From contig JBGAHS010000009.1 of assembly GCA_044226015.1 (NCBI GenBank), positions 160,001 to 224,000 on the forward strand: DNA of 64,000 nucleotides, written 5' to 3'. How positions within the stretch are numbered: position 1 is the stretch's first letter; each line of letters starts with the position of its first letter. Below are positions 38,232-48,301 of this stretch, piece after piece. Origin of the DNA: Candidatus Obscuribacteraceae bacterium. Lineage in GTDB: Bacteria > Cyanobacteriota > Vampirovibrionia > Obscuribacterales > Obscuribacteraceae. Made by a program: the position numbers and the translations under genes. The notes beneath the pieces were generated by a model. It saw nothing but the letters and a program-made list of their open reading frames with translations, made no database searches and had not been told where the DNA came from.

Positions 38232-39875
38232 ATGAAAAGCAAAAACGTGGATAGATTCATACTGGCAGCGTCATTGTCGCTTCTCTCTTTTGCCATTCTG
38301 TTGCCTGCGACTGATGCCGCAGCAACAAAAAAAGAGAACGCAATGCTGAAGATTGCAAATGGTCTGTCTGTAGAGAAGAAGTATCCGCAAGCAATCGATT
38401 ATTACAAGAAAGCAATTGCTGCAGAGCCTAACAATGCGGATTGCTATCACTTTTATGGTCGAACATTGGCGCAGATGGGGTTGGTTTATGACGCCATTCG
38501 TGAATACCAGAACGCTTTGCGTCTGAAGCCAAACGATGCTGAACTTTATAACGACATCGGTTGCGCTCTGGTCGTAAATGAAGATGTAAGAGAGGGCGCA
38601 AGGTATATCAGGCGAGCTACGCAGCTCAACGATAAGTTCATAGCGGCTTACAACAATTTAGGTGCTGCTCTGCAAAAGCTTGGCGATTATAAGTCGGCAC
38701 AAGATATGTTCTTTAAGTCATTGAAGCTTCAGCCTACAAATCCAGTAATACAAAAACGCTTTGCTTTGTGCAAAGCAAAAGCGAATGAAAGTAAGCCTTT
38801 TGATTTTGGTGCGCCAATTTCACCGAAAGAGCCGATTTTTAGAACCCGAGAGACTGTGCGAACAGAGACGAAGGCACCTGGCATCGTCGTTGCAACACCA
38901 GATGAGACGAAAGGTGCTGATGAAGCTGCACCAAATGCGGTATCGGGACCTAGCGGCGCTTTGAAGCCACCTGACTCTGCCGCCCAGCCTGTAGGAGCCT
39001 TGAAGCCTCCAGTCCAACCCGCTGGGGCGATGAAGACAGCTGCTCCACCGGCGGCTCAGACTCAAGCTCCAACAGCGACAGGCACGCCAAGCCCAGCACC
39101 CGGCAAGCCGGCAGTACCAGCAGCGACTACAGCAGTCCATAAGCCTGTGTCCAACTCTGGCAGCAAGCCCAGTTCAAGTGAACCTGTCGGGGCGCTTAAA
39201 TCGCCAGATGCCACCGAGTCCCCCTCAGTGCCGGTGAAGGCTGCTCAGCCTCAAAAAACGCCAGCTACTAGCAAAGCAACAGTGCATGAACCGGCAACTA
39301 AGACTACATCTGTCAGCTCATCTCCTGCAACATCTGTGAAAAAGACTCCCTCTGGTGCTGCCGTCTCCAGCCCTCCAGTCTTTTCTGGTCCACCGACGCA
39401 AAATGCTTCGCCAAGTTTTGTACCCGAAGGTGTGAGCACAAAACTTGATGACGGCTCAAGTTCGACTGCTCCTGCGAATCCTTCAAATTCTGGTGATTTT
39501 AAAGTGGTACCAGCTCCTAAGGACATAGAAGCTTCTGGCACCGCTAGTGGTGAACCGGACTCCAATACAGCTACAAGTAGCTCAACGGGAGCCCCTCCTG
39601 AGGCGGCAGGCTCAAGCTCGCCCGGTACTCCAGCTAGTTCATCGAGTCCTCCAGTTAGTCCACCCGCAGCTACTACTTCACCCACGGATCCATCTGGCAC
39701 TCAGACTCAGACCCCGTCCGCATCACGTTCTGGTACTACATCTGGTGAAACCGTTCCAACTGCTCCCCAATCCGATGGCAACTCAACAGCTGTTCCTTCA
39801 GGGCAAGACAGCAGTTCGTCTGGCACAAAGCCCAGTGAATCTGATGCTTCAAGTAAAGAAACGAATCGACAATAA
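38232..39875 (+). CDS. Exported TPR protein with long Pro/Ser/Thr/Ala-rich disordered tail
   Basis: Signal peptide, about four TPRs (AYNNLGAAL) and roughly 350 aa of low-complexity C-terminus. Confidence 0.85.
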   Translation: MKSKNVDRFILAASLSLLSFAILLPATDAAATKKENAMLKIANGLSVEKKYPQAIDYYKKAIAAEPNNADCYHFYGRTLAQMGLVYDAIREYQNALRLKPNDAELYNDIGCALVVNEDVREGARYIRRATQLNDKFIAAYNNLGAALQKLGDYKSAQDMFFKSLKLQPTNPVIQKRFALCKAKANESKPFDFGAPISPKEPIFRTRETVRTETKAPGIVVATPDETKGADEAAPNAVSGPSGALKPPDSAAQPVGALKPPVQPAGAMKTAAPPAAQTQAPTATGTPSPAPGKPAVPAATTAVHKPVSNSGSKPSSSEPVGALKSPDATESPSVPVKAAQPQKTPATSKATVHEPATKTTSVSSSPATSVKKTPSGAAVSSPPVFSGPPTQNASPSFVPEGVSTKLDDGSSSTAPANPSNSGDFKVVPAPKDIEASGTASGEPDSNTATSSSTGAPPEAAGSSSPGTPASSSSPPVSPPAATTSPTDPSGTQTQTPSASRSGTTSGETVPTAPQSDGNSTAVPSGQDSSSSGTKPSESDASSKETNRQ

Positions 39876-39877
39876 AA

Positions 39878-40519
39878 ATGCCAAGTCTGAATATATACTT
39901 GCTGCGGCACGGAGAAACTGAGTTTAGCAAGACCGGAGGCTTTTGTGGTTTTCTAGATGCAGAACTCAGTGCAGACGGACACCGCATGGCGGAGCAATTT
40001 GCTAACGCTTATGAAAGCCGAGACTGGAAGGCAATCTATTGCAGCAGTCTAAAACGCACTGTCGACACGGCTACTCCCCTTGCAAGACTAAAGGGTCTTG
40101 AACTCGAGAAGCGTGCTGGACTGAAGGAAATCAATTACGGTTTGTGGGAAGGTCTGACACACGACATCGTCATGGAAAAACATGCAGGCGACTATGAAAA
40201 ATGGGTTGCTGAGCCAGGCTGGAATTCACCTACAAACGGCGAAACCGCTTTTCAAATCGCTGAAAGAGCAATGAATGTGCTCAGTGAAATCATGCAGAAG
40301 CATAATTCTGGAGATGTTCTGCTCGTTTCGCACAAAGCAACGATTCGCATAATAATCTGCAGCTTGCTGGGCATTGAACTTGGTCGATATCGTGACAGAG
40401 TGAACGCGCTTGCTGGTTCGCTTGCGCACATAAAGTTGGCTGAGCATGGACCTATGCTCGAACTAATCAATGATCGCTCTTACATGAGTCAAGATTTGAA
40501 GGACAAGCCTGGCACCTGA
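39878..40519 (+). CDS. Histidine phosphatase (phosphoglycerate mutase family)
   Basis: LRHGET, SSLKR, EINYGLWEG, VSH. Confidence 0.93.
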   Translation: MPSLNIYLLRHGETEFSKTGGFCGFLDAELSADGHRMAEQFANAYESRDWKAIYCSSLKRTVDTATPLARLKGLELEKRAGLKEINYGLWEGLTHDIVMEKHAGDYEKWVAEPGWNSPTNGETAFQIAERAMNVLSEIMQKHNSGDVLLVSHKATIRIIICSLLGIELGRYRDRVNALAGSLAHIKLAEHGPMLELINDRSYMSQDLKDKPGT

Positions 40520-40535
40520 GAATCTTCTTCTCAAA

Positions 40536-41327
40536 CTAGTAGTTGGCTTCTTGACCCTGGTCTTCTACGTTGTTTGCTGTCTGAGCAAAGAGAATGTAAG
40601 TGCCCATACCACCAGGATTCTTTAGTGGTTTTCCGTCGAAGCCTGCGCCCCAAACGTATATATTTCCTTGACCATCACCGTAACCATATATGGTGCCAGG
40701 TTGTCCTGTCCAATTTAGAGGCGGGCTCTTGCGATATTCATCAAGTGTTGTGGGATTGATACTTTGATCCATCGCAAGTTGGATGCGATGCGCGTTGTCT
40801 GCTGTGAGCTCAGCCGTCCATTCATCATTTGCGACAGGTCCAGAGGTGTTTGGAGTGCCATCTGAATTGTAGTAGTACGACAGACCAGGAGACAGACCGT
40901 TAAGTTCACCATCCTGCACAGCACCAATTGCATTTGCGTAAGGATTTGAACCAACGAGTTCAGTCAACTGCACTTCCGCGGCTCTTTCTATGGTGCCTGA
41001 ACTTCCATAGTTTCCTGGAAAACGGTTTTGATTGCGCAGGCAGAACTCTTGTAACCAGCCCGCGACTTTCTGAATTTGTCGGCGCATTTCGTCGTCGTCG
41101 CTTTGAAGTAGAGCTTTCATTTGCTCTCTTTGAGCGGCTGCGCTCGCGCCGCTATTTTTCTTGGTGTAGCTTTGAGCGTTCGAACTGAAATCTGAGAAAA
41201 GCGGTTTGTCAGACTCAGAAGGGAAAAGGCTGTTGCCGAAAAGTTCATCAGCGTGAACCGCATTTGCTGAGCACAAAAGAAACACTGAACTCAGAATCGA
41301 TTGAGCGATGCCAGCTCTTTTCATCAT
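40536..41327 (-). CDS. Exported hypothetical protein, possibly with a pilin-like globular domain
   Basis: Signal peptide ending AVHA and SD AAGGAG. Motifs RFP, NPY and PGTIY..YVWG..GKPL; the family assignment is uncertain. Confidence 0.7.
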   Translation of the reverse strand: MMKRAGIAQSILSSVFLLCSANAVHADELFGNSLFPSESDKPLFSDFSSNAQSYTKKNSGASAAAQREQMKALLQSDDDEMRRQIQKVAGWLQEFCLRNQNRFPGNYGSSGTIERAAEVQLTELVGSNPYANAIGAVQDGELNGLSPGLSYYYNSDGTPNTSGPVANDEWTAELTADNAHRIQLAMDQSINPTTLDEYRKSPPLNWTGQPGTIYGYGDGQGNIYVWGAGFDGKPLKNPGGMGTYILFAQTANNVEDQGQEANY

Positions 41328-41389
41328 CTACTCCTTGAGAAAATTCCATCCTGAATTATATGGTATTGAGATCTCAGGATACGGGAGTA

Positions 41390-42325
41390 TTAAGGCCAAT
41401 CAACGGCGAACAGGAACTTGCGAGCCTGAGGTACAGCTTGATCTTGACTAGTGCCTGCTGAGGCTCGCAATACAAAAGCATAGCGAGGCGCATCCCAGGG
41501 GAAATACCCGCAAATCCAGGACTGGAAACTACTGCCATGAGGAGTTGTTCCGGTTTTGATCGCTAACTTCAATTTATTTTCAGGGTCTAATTTTTTCCCG
41601 GTGCCTTGCCTGCTGGCAATTTGCATTCCTTGTTCTAAAACGTGCCAGGTATGGCTGTCCATCAGTATTTCAAAAGGCTTAGCCTCCGCATTCGGGTTTT
41701 CGGCACTGTGCAAAAATGGCACTTTGCCTCTTGTCGCTACAAGGGCAGCCACCCGCATCAGTTGCAAGGCGCTTGGTCTCACACTGTCAGTCAGCCCCAG
41801 CGCCAGCAGCTCAGGCACAGCATTTTTGTCTGCTGCCTGAAACTTGCCAGACCCGAAGTCTGCAACCGGTGTGTTTAAGCCGAATTTTTCAGCGAATTCT
41901 AAAATTGTATTTTTGCTGACTTTACTGGCGAAATGAGCAAAGTAAACGTTGCAGGAGAGTCCGAGTGCATGCTGCATATCCACTATGCCGTGAGCAAATT
42001 GACATTTGATTGTCTGCTTATGAGCTTTGTAAACGCCTCTGCACTCGAATTTCTCGTCTGCATGAATGGCGCGAGTCTCCAATAAAGCCGAAGCTGTGAT
42101 CAGTTTCATTATTGAGCCTGGCATACCGATCGGAACGTCATGACCCGTGGGGCAGCCAATCTGACCATTATGCAAACTGGTCCAGAAGAATTTACCACTG
42201 CTGTCGTTGCGGGACTCGGCTGCAGGCGGCTCTACTTCCGATTCTACGATTGAGCCCAGACCAAAGAATGAGCGCAGAAACTGTCTGCGTCCCATCTCTG
42301 ACGATTTTTCTTTGCCTTCTGCCAT
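41390..42325 (-). CDS. Stand-alone penicillin-binding transpeptidase-domain protein
   Basis: SxxK (PGSIMK), SxN (SCN), KTG (KTGT) and WICGYFP.DAPRYA. No dimerisation or transglycosylase domain. The start is uncertain (42325 or nearby). Confidence 0.88.
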   Translation of the reverse strand: MAEGKEKSSEMGRRQFLRSFFGLGSIVESEVEPPAAESRNDSSGKFFWTSLHNGQIGCPTGHDVPIGMPGSIMKLITASALLETRAIHADEKFECRGVYKAHKQTIKCQFAHGIVDMQHALGLSCNVYFAHFASKVSKNTILEFAEKFGLNTPVADFGSGKFQAADKNAVPELLALGLTDSVRPSALQLMRVAALVATRGKVPFLHSAENPNAEAKPFEILMDSHTWHVLEQGMQIASRQGTGKKLDPENKLKLAIKTGTTPHGSSFQSWICGYFPWDAPRYAFVLRASAGTSQDQAVPQARKFLFAVDWP

Positions 42326-42495
42326 AGTCTTGATTTCGACTTTACGTGATGTGTTTGTTTTTTTACCTGTTCTTTTCTTTAGCTTGACTGTCACCTAATT
42401 CTCTTATCAGAGAATCTACTTAGAAGCAGGAATTTCTTTATTCCAATAAGTCTATAAGGTCTGCCATGATTATTGCTGTTGCTGAGCTAATCTCA

Positions 42496-43221
42496 ATGAA
42501 GAATGTGAATCGCCAATCACTGCAATTCTTACTGGCTGCCATCTTGCTGCTGCTGCTTCTCTGCGTTAAGCCGGCGCTTGCGCTTGAGACCATCTGCCAG
42601 ACCAAAAACGACCCTTCCTTTGCTCGAATAACTATTTCAAAATCCGACTATTTGAAGCATGGTCAGTCGTTGAATCAATATGTTGGACTGAAGGAGATAG
42701 CAAAGAGAACGATGTATCGCTATTTCGGCAAAGAAATGCCAGGGCAGAGCAACAAGGCTGATCTAAATGAGCCCATGTTAAGCCTGGTCAATAAGCTGAA
42801 CGTCGAAAAGAAGTTCCTTAGCCCTGCAGGAGTCTTTGTAACTCTGAGCAAGGCTGGTAAGACTCGAGCTTGTTGGGGCTCTATTCACCCGAGAGAGAGT
42901 ACTGCGGCAAGAGAAACCGTTCTTTCAACACTCGGAGCCCTAAATAAAGAATATCGCTTCAAACGCATAACTACTAACGAACTTAAAACTCTGAAGGTTC
43001 AAGTCACAGTAGTTAGAGATCTCTCAGCGGTGACAGATATCAAATCTGTAAACCCGCTAACAGATGGAGTTATGGTACGCTCAGGCGGTCGCGGTGGAGT
43101 AATTCTCCCCGGCGAAGCAGTCGATGCGTATTACGAAATGGTGCTTGCCAAACTGAAGGCTGGTATTAAGCCCGATGAACCGTGTCAAATCTACAAGATA
43201 AAGGCTGAAATATATGACTAA
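42496..43221 (+). CDS. Exported AMMECR1-domain protein
   Basis: GVFVTL...TRACWG (variant of LRGCIG), YRF..IT..EL, DGV...GVILPGEA and KLKAG. N-terminal signal peptide. Confidence 0.85.
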   Translation: MKNVNRQSLQFLLAAILLLLLLCVKPALALETICQTKNDPSFARITISKSDYLKHGQSLNQYVGLKEIAKRTMYRYFGKEMPGQSNKADLNEPMLSLVNKLNVEKKFLSPAGVFVTLSKAGKTRACWGSIHPRESTAARETVLSTLGALNKEYRFKRITTNELKTLKVQVTVVRDLSAVTDIKSVNPLTDGVMVRSGGRGGVILPGEAVDAYYEMVLAKLKAGIKPDEPCQIYKIKAEIYD

Positions 43222-46200
43222 TCCAGTCAAATCGCTAAACACAAATCCGCTTTTGTCGTGGCAGTTTTTTCTGCTCAAAATTCTCTTGTTCGGATTGGCT
43301 GCAGTGCTGATTTCCAAGCCTGTTGGTTCCATATCGGGACGCATCGCGATGGAACAAGAAGGGTTCAATCTTTACTCTTACAATTTGAGAGACCACCATG
43401 TATATGCAACCGCTATCGGACCTCGTGGTGGCGATGAGCAAGAGCGCGGGGTCTGGGTTGATGGAGATGGGCGATTTGAAATCAGTCAATTACCTGTTGG
43501 TGAATATCAGCTGAAAGTACGCGTGCCTGGGTTCTCGACTACATATGAAAGTGGCTATTTTGTCGAAGAAGGCAAAGCTACTGAGCTAAATGAACCAATC
43601 ATGCTGCAAATAGCTAATCCTAGCGTTAGCGTTGGAAGCAGCTCACGAGTGTTTACAAGCAAGGAGAAACCAAGATTTTGGGCTAACGTTCAGAGTGCTA
43701 CGAAGATTGATGTAAAACTCTACAAGAAAGATTTGCTTTCAATTCTCGGCACGGAAACTGAGAAGCATATGGGTGTTGAAGTTAGCTCTGATTTGAGTTT
43801 GTACAAGCCTTACGGAGAAGAGCACAAAGTCCAAAATGTGTTTGAGAAGGATAAGCTGGTCAAGACATGGTCGAGAACCCCTCGCAGCGACGCTGAGGAT
43901 TCTTCCCACGAAACTTTTCAGTGCGAGCAACCCTTACCGGCGGGTGATTACTTTGCTGTAGTCGAAGCTTCCAATATTAAGAATGAGTCTGACCGTAGCA
44001 TTATCTGGTTCTCAGTGACAGATATTGGACTAATAGTGAAGCAGGACTACAGCAAGACTGTAGTTCGAGCAATCGATTTGAACACTCTTAAACCCATGCC
44101 TGATGTGGCAATTCAGGTGAGACAGCGAGATGCGGGAACGAGCGACAGCGGAGGCGAGGGCGACTCGGCTGCTCCAGCTGCTGCAAAAGCGAAGAGCAAG
44201 GGAACAGTCTTGCTGTCGAAAGATGGTATCAAAACTGGTGCTGACGGGTTTGCTGAGTTAGCAGTTGGTTCTGCAATTGCCAGCGGTTCCACCAACCTCT
44301 TATTCTGTGGGTTTAAGGGTGAGCAACATGCTTTCGGTGGCATGTCGATGTACAGAAATAGCAACGATGATCACCAGCTCTACTTCTATACTGATAGACC
44401 GATTTATCGTCTAGGTCAGACTGTTTATTTCCGCGGAATTTGTCGAAATCTTAAAGGCGAAGGCTTGAAGAACCCGGGAGAAATGAGTCTTGATTTAAGT
44501 CTGGAAGATCCCGATAACACATCTATATGGACTGGAAAAGTTAAAACCAGCAAGTTTGGTACTTTCCACGGAGTTCTGGAAATTCCCAGTGACGGAAAAA
44601 CTGGTGCTTACCAGGTCAACATAACCTACCCTGATGGTTCTAGCGATTACGAGAGAATCGAAATTGATGAGTATCGCAAGCCTGAATACAAAGTGGATGT
44701 AACTCCGCTTGAGACGCGAGTAAATCAAGGCGGCAAGGCCAAAGCACGCATCAAAGCTACGTACTACTTCGGTGCGCCTGTTGCCAATGCGAAAGTCAAA
44801 TATTCTATCTATTCATCAAACGATTGGATGAACAGATATCGAATCAAAGAGCGCCCCGATTATTACAGCTATTTCGATGATTGGGATTCTGGTAGCAGTG
44901 ACTACTACTACGGGGGAGACTTCGTAGAAGAAGGCACCGTGCAAACCGATGCTAGCGGCGAAGCTATAGTTGAATTCAATACTCGTGAAGGCAGTAAAGA
45001 TCTTGACGCTGTTTTTGACAGCGGTTTTGAAGATAAGAAGTACAAAATCGATGTTGAAGTCACCGACATAAGCAGATTGAGTGTACTCAATTCAGGTTTT
45101 GTCGAAGCGACGCCTGGTGACTTCGTTCTCTTCGTCGAACCTGACAGCTACGTGGCTAAGGTCGGCGAGAAAATCAAAGCGAACGTCCGAGCCGTTTCCT
45201 ATGACGGCCAGCCAATTGCCAATCGCAAAGTGAAAATGCAATTGCTGCGAAGACTTTGGGATCGCAACGAGCACTACTATCGTGGAAACGAGAAGTATGA
45301 AGAGCTTGAAGTCACAACAGACAAAGACGGTAAAGCCACTGTCAGTTTCAACACCGTCGCAAAATGGGCAACTGACACGTATTACATCGTTGGCTCCGCT
45401 AAAGATGATGGCAACAGACTTATCGCTTCTTCCAACAGCATCTGGGTTGTTAGCGACAGCTACCCCTACTCGCTGAGCGATTCCGAATCGCAGAAAGAAC
45501 CGCTGACAGTCAAGTTGGATAAGGAAGTTTATAAGCCAGGTGAAACTGTGCGTGCGATGATTTCAGCTCCTGTAACAGGAAAAGAAGGCGCACAGGCAAT
45601 CGTGGCAGTAGAGGGCTCTCAAATTTACAACTACAGAGCTGTAGACCTGAAAGCAAGCGCGACCCTGGTCGAAATTCCTGTCGACAAAAAGTACGCTCCT
45701 AACGTGCATTTGACGGTGACTTTCGTGAGTAAGAAACGCCAGTTCTTCAACGATAGTCAAATGATCAAGGTTTCGCCTCAGTCTAATTTCTTGACTGTGA
45801 GTGTCGCTACCGATAAGCCCAAATATCATCCCGGAGACATGGCTACCTACACTCTCAAAGCTGTGGATGCCGATAACAAGCCAGCTCCAAATGTTGAATT
45901 GGCTATGGGAGTTGTTGACGAGAGTATTTATGCAATTCGACCAGAGACTGCTGGCGATATTCGCAAATTCTTTTATAAGCAGAGAAACAACAATGTAATT
46001 ACGATGTGCTCTTTCCCTGAAGAGTATTCGGGTGGTCCCAACAAGATTGAACCTCGCGTTCGCAAAGACTTTAAGGATACGGCTGCCTGGTTCCCCTCTC
46101 TGATTACAAATGATAAGGGTATAGTGACTGCTAAGTTTAAGATGCCTGATAATTTGACTACATGGCGTGCCACTGTTCGCGGTGTCAACATGGAGACGCA

Positions 46201-48301
46201 GGTTGGCTCAGTTATCCAAAAAGTGGTTAGCACTCAAGACCTGATTGTGCGCCTGGCTCTACCGCGCTTCTACTCTCAGGGAGACGAAGCCGAGGTGAGT
46301 GCAATAGTTCACAACTACTCTGACATAAAGCAAAAGATCAAGGTTGATTTGAAGCTTTCACCTGAATTCCAATTTATGGATAAGAGCGCGCCTCAGTCGG
46401 TTGACCTTGAGCCAGAAAAGGTCGCCCGCGTCAGCTGGCGAGCCAGAGTCATGAACTCAGGCACCGGACTGATTTCCGTGAAGGCTATCGGCCAGACGGC
46501 CGGTGACGCAATGGAAATGAAATTGCCAATCCGACCGCTCGGTGTTCCAATATTTGTGAGTAAGAGTGGTGTCATCAATTCCGATGACGAGAGTATAGAA
46601 TTGCCTCTGACTTTACCGTCTGATGCAGCTCCTGGGTCCGTCGACCTGACCGTACACATGGCACCATCTGCATTGTCCCCGGTGCTCGGTAACTTCAGCT
46701 CTTTGATCGATTACCCCTATGGGTGTACTGAGCAGACGATGAGCAGGCTGATGCCGGCTGTAGTTGCCATTAAGATGAACAAGAAGCTTGGCGTGCCGCT
46801 CGCTGCTGCTGATCTGAAAAAGTTCAAGGCAGTTTACGACATGTCTATGACCAAGCTCGATGAATATCAGCACGCCGACGGCGGCTGGGGCTGGTGGGTT
46901 GACGACAAGAGCAATCCATATCTTACTGCGCTGGTTCTTGAAGGATACAAGCTTCTGGAAGATGCTGGCTATCCAGTGGATAAAGAGCGCAAGAAGAATG
47001 GATTGAATTGGCTTGCAAAATCTACCGTTGAGTTGCAAAAACAACTATCAGATCCCCAACTGGTTAAAGTTTGGTGGCATGAAAATGAATCTATGGTTGA
47101 CCTGGCGAAGGCTACCTATGTTCAAAGTCTGCATGGTGTGAAGTCGGCGCCGAAGCTGGTGCAGTGGGTCTGCAGTTCTGAACTACTAGACAAACAAACA
47201 CCTGAGTCACTCGCTTATTACACCCTTGCCTTCAAAGCTAGTGGATATGCTGATGCGGCAAAGAAAATGTACGATCGACTGATTTATCTATCTAATTCAG
47301 AAGACAGTGCATTTGGCTCTCTTGTTAATTGGGAGCGCAACGATGACATGTATCGCAAGTTCGGTGTTGCATCAAATAACTACTACTACTATTACAGTTA
47401 TAGATTCACCGGAGTTGAGTCATCGGCTCTCGCTCTCAGAGCATGCATTGCAATGGAGCCTGGTTCCGAAAGAATCGAAGGCATCAAGTCTTGGATTCTT
47501 ACTGAACGCGGTAAGGACGGATGGGGCAACACCAAGACCACAGCTGAAGTCTTCAAATCGTTCATGGAAGATGAGCTGGTAAATGCGAAGAATGTACCCT
47601 GCGATTTCAAAACGGAAATCGCTAGCGCGGATGGACAGGCTGCTGACCTGGGAGTTGCATCGTTCAACCAGAAGTCGCTGTTTGCCCCAGAACAGGTAAT
47701 TAAGTTAAATCTCAAGACAAACCAGAAGGCTAAACTCCATAAGTCTGGCTCAGGACGTTTGTACTGGAGTTGCGTACTTAAGTACTATAAAAAGTTGTCT
47801 CCTAGCGGCATAAACACTGCAAATGTGACGCTGCCATCAACACCAACGAAGCTTGCCATGCATCGAAGCTTCAAGAGGCTGATTGCTCACTATGACAGCA
47901 GTAACAATGTCAGCTTTACAGAAGAGCCCATTAATGGCAAAGTCAAAGCAGGAGAAACTATTCTGATGACATTGTCTATTGACTCACCAATCAGTGTTCC
48001 CTACACACTTTGCGAAATGCCATTGCCGAGCGGTGCTGAAGTTGTAAAAGACAATGCCAAAGAAGAAATAAGTTCTCGTGGCAATTATTCAGCCGTCAGA
48101 TGGTGGGACCATCAAGACATTATGGATGACCATATAGCCAATTTCTCGGGATGGTATCGCGATGGACACTCCGAGTTGAGAACCATGATTCGAATGGAAC
48201 TTCCCGGAAAATTCCAGATGAATCCAGCAATAATCGAAGGCATGTATACCAACAATGTGCATGGATATTCCGAGGCCCAAGAAATCGAGGTCGTCGAGTA
48301 A
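43214..48301 (+). CDS. Bacterial alpha-2-macroglobulin with intact thioester motif
   Basis: YTDRPIYRLGQTV (MG2), EYRKPEY, RKDFKDTAAW, PDNLTTWR, YPYGCTEQ (CTEQ at 46724-46735) and QHADGGWGWW. N-terminal TM anchor. Confidence 0.96.
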   Translation: MTNPVKSLNTNPLLSWQFFLLKILLFGLAAVLISKPVGSISGRIAMEQEGFNLYSYNLRDHHVYATAIGPRGGDEQERGVWVDGDGRFEISQLPVGEYQLKVRVPGFSTTYESGYFVEEGKATELNEPIMLQIANPSVSVGSSSRVFTSKEKPRFWANVQSATKIDVKLYKKDLLSILGTETEKHMGVEVSSDLSLYKPYGEEHKVQNVFEKDKLVKTWSRTPRSDAEDSSHETFQCEQPLPAGDYFAVVEASNIKNESDRSIIWFSVTDIGLIVKQDYSKTVVRAIDLNTLKPMPDVAIQVRQRDAGTSDSGGEGDSAAPAAAKAKSKGTVLLSKDGIKTGADGFAELAVGSAIASGSTNLLFCGFKGEQHAFGGMSMYRNSNDDHQLYFYTDRPIYRLGQTVYFRGICRNLKGEGLKNPGEMSLDLSLEDPDNTSIWTGKVKTSKFGTFHGVLEIPSDGKTGAYQVNITYPDGSSDYERIEIDEYRKPEYKVDVTPLETRVNQGGKAKARIKATYYFGAPVANAKVKYSIYSSNDWMNRYRIKERPDYYSYFDDWDSGSSDYYYGGDFVEEGTVQTDASGEAIVEFNTREGSKDLDAVFDSGFEDKKYKIDVEVTDISRLSVLNSGFVEATPGDFVLFVEPDSYVAKVGEKIKANVRAVSYDGQPIANRKVKMQLLRRLWDRNEHYYRGNEKYEELEVTTDKDGKATVSFNTVAKWATDTYYIVGSAKDDGNRLIASSNSIWVVSDSYPYSLSDSESQKEPLTVKLDKEVYKPGETVRAMISAPVTGKEGAQAIVAVEGSQIYNYRAVDLKASATLVEIPVDKKYAPNVHLTVTFVSKKRQFFNDSQMIKVSPQSNFLTVSVATDKPKYHPGDMATYTLKAVDADNKPAPNVELAMGVVDESIYAIRPETAGDIRKFFYKQRNNNVITMCSFPEEYSGGPNKIEPRVRKDFKDTAAWFPSLITNDKGIVTAKFKMPDNLTTWRATVRGVNMETQVGSVIQKVVSTQDLIVRLALPRFYSQGDEAEVSAIVHNYSDIKQKIKVDLKLSPEFQFMDKSAPQSVDLEPEKVARVSWRARVMNSGTGLISVKAIGQTAGDAMEMKLPIRPLGVPIFVSKSGVINSDDESIELPLTLPSDAAPGSVDLTVHMAPSALSPVLGNFSSLIDYPYGCTEQTMSRLMPAVVAIKMNKKLGVPLAAADLKKFKAVYDMSMTKLDEYQHADGGWGWWVDDKSNPYLTALVLEGYKLLEDAGYPVDKERKKNGLNWLAKSTVELQKQLSDPQLVKVWWHENESMVDLAKATYVQSLHGVKSAPKLVQWVCSSELLDKQTPESLAYYTLAFKASGYADAAKKMYDRLIYLSNSEDSAFGSLVNWERNDDMYRKFGVASNNYYYYYSYRFTGVESSALALRACIAMEPGSERIEGIKSWILTERGKDGWGNTKTTAEVFKSFMEDELVNAKNVPCDFKTEIASADGQAADLGVASFNQKSLFAPEQVIKLNLKTNQKAKLHKSGSGRLYWSCVLKYYKKLSPSGINTANVTLPSTPTKLAMHRSFKRLIAHYDSSNNVSFTEEPINGKVKAGETILMTLSIDSPISVPYTLCEMPLPSGAEVVKDNAKEEISSRGNYSAVRWWDHQDIMDDHIANFSGWYRDGHSELRTMIRMELPGKFQMNPAIIEGMYTNNVHGYSEAQEIEVVE

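Noticed and set aside
48151..48300. N-terminal extension of VanW overlapping A2M
   Set aside because: The coupled ATG at 48301 gives a clean signal/anchor sequence.
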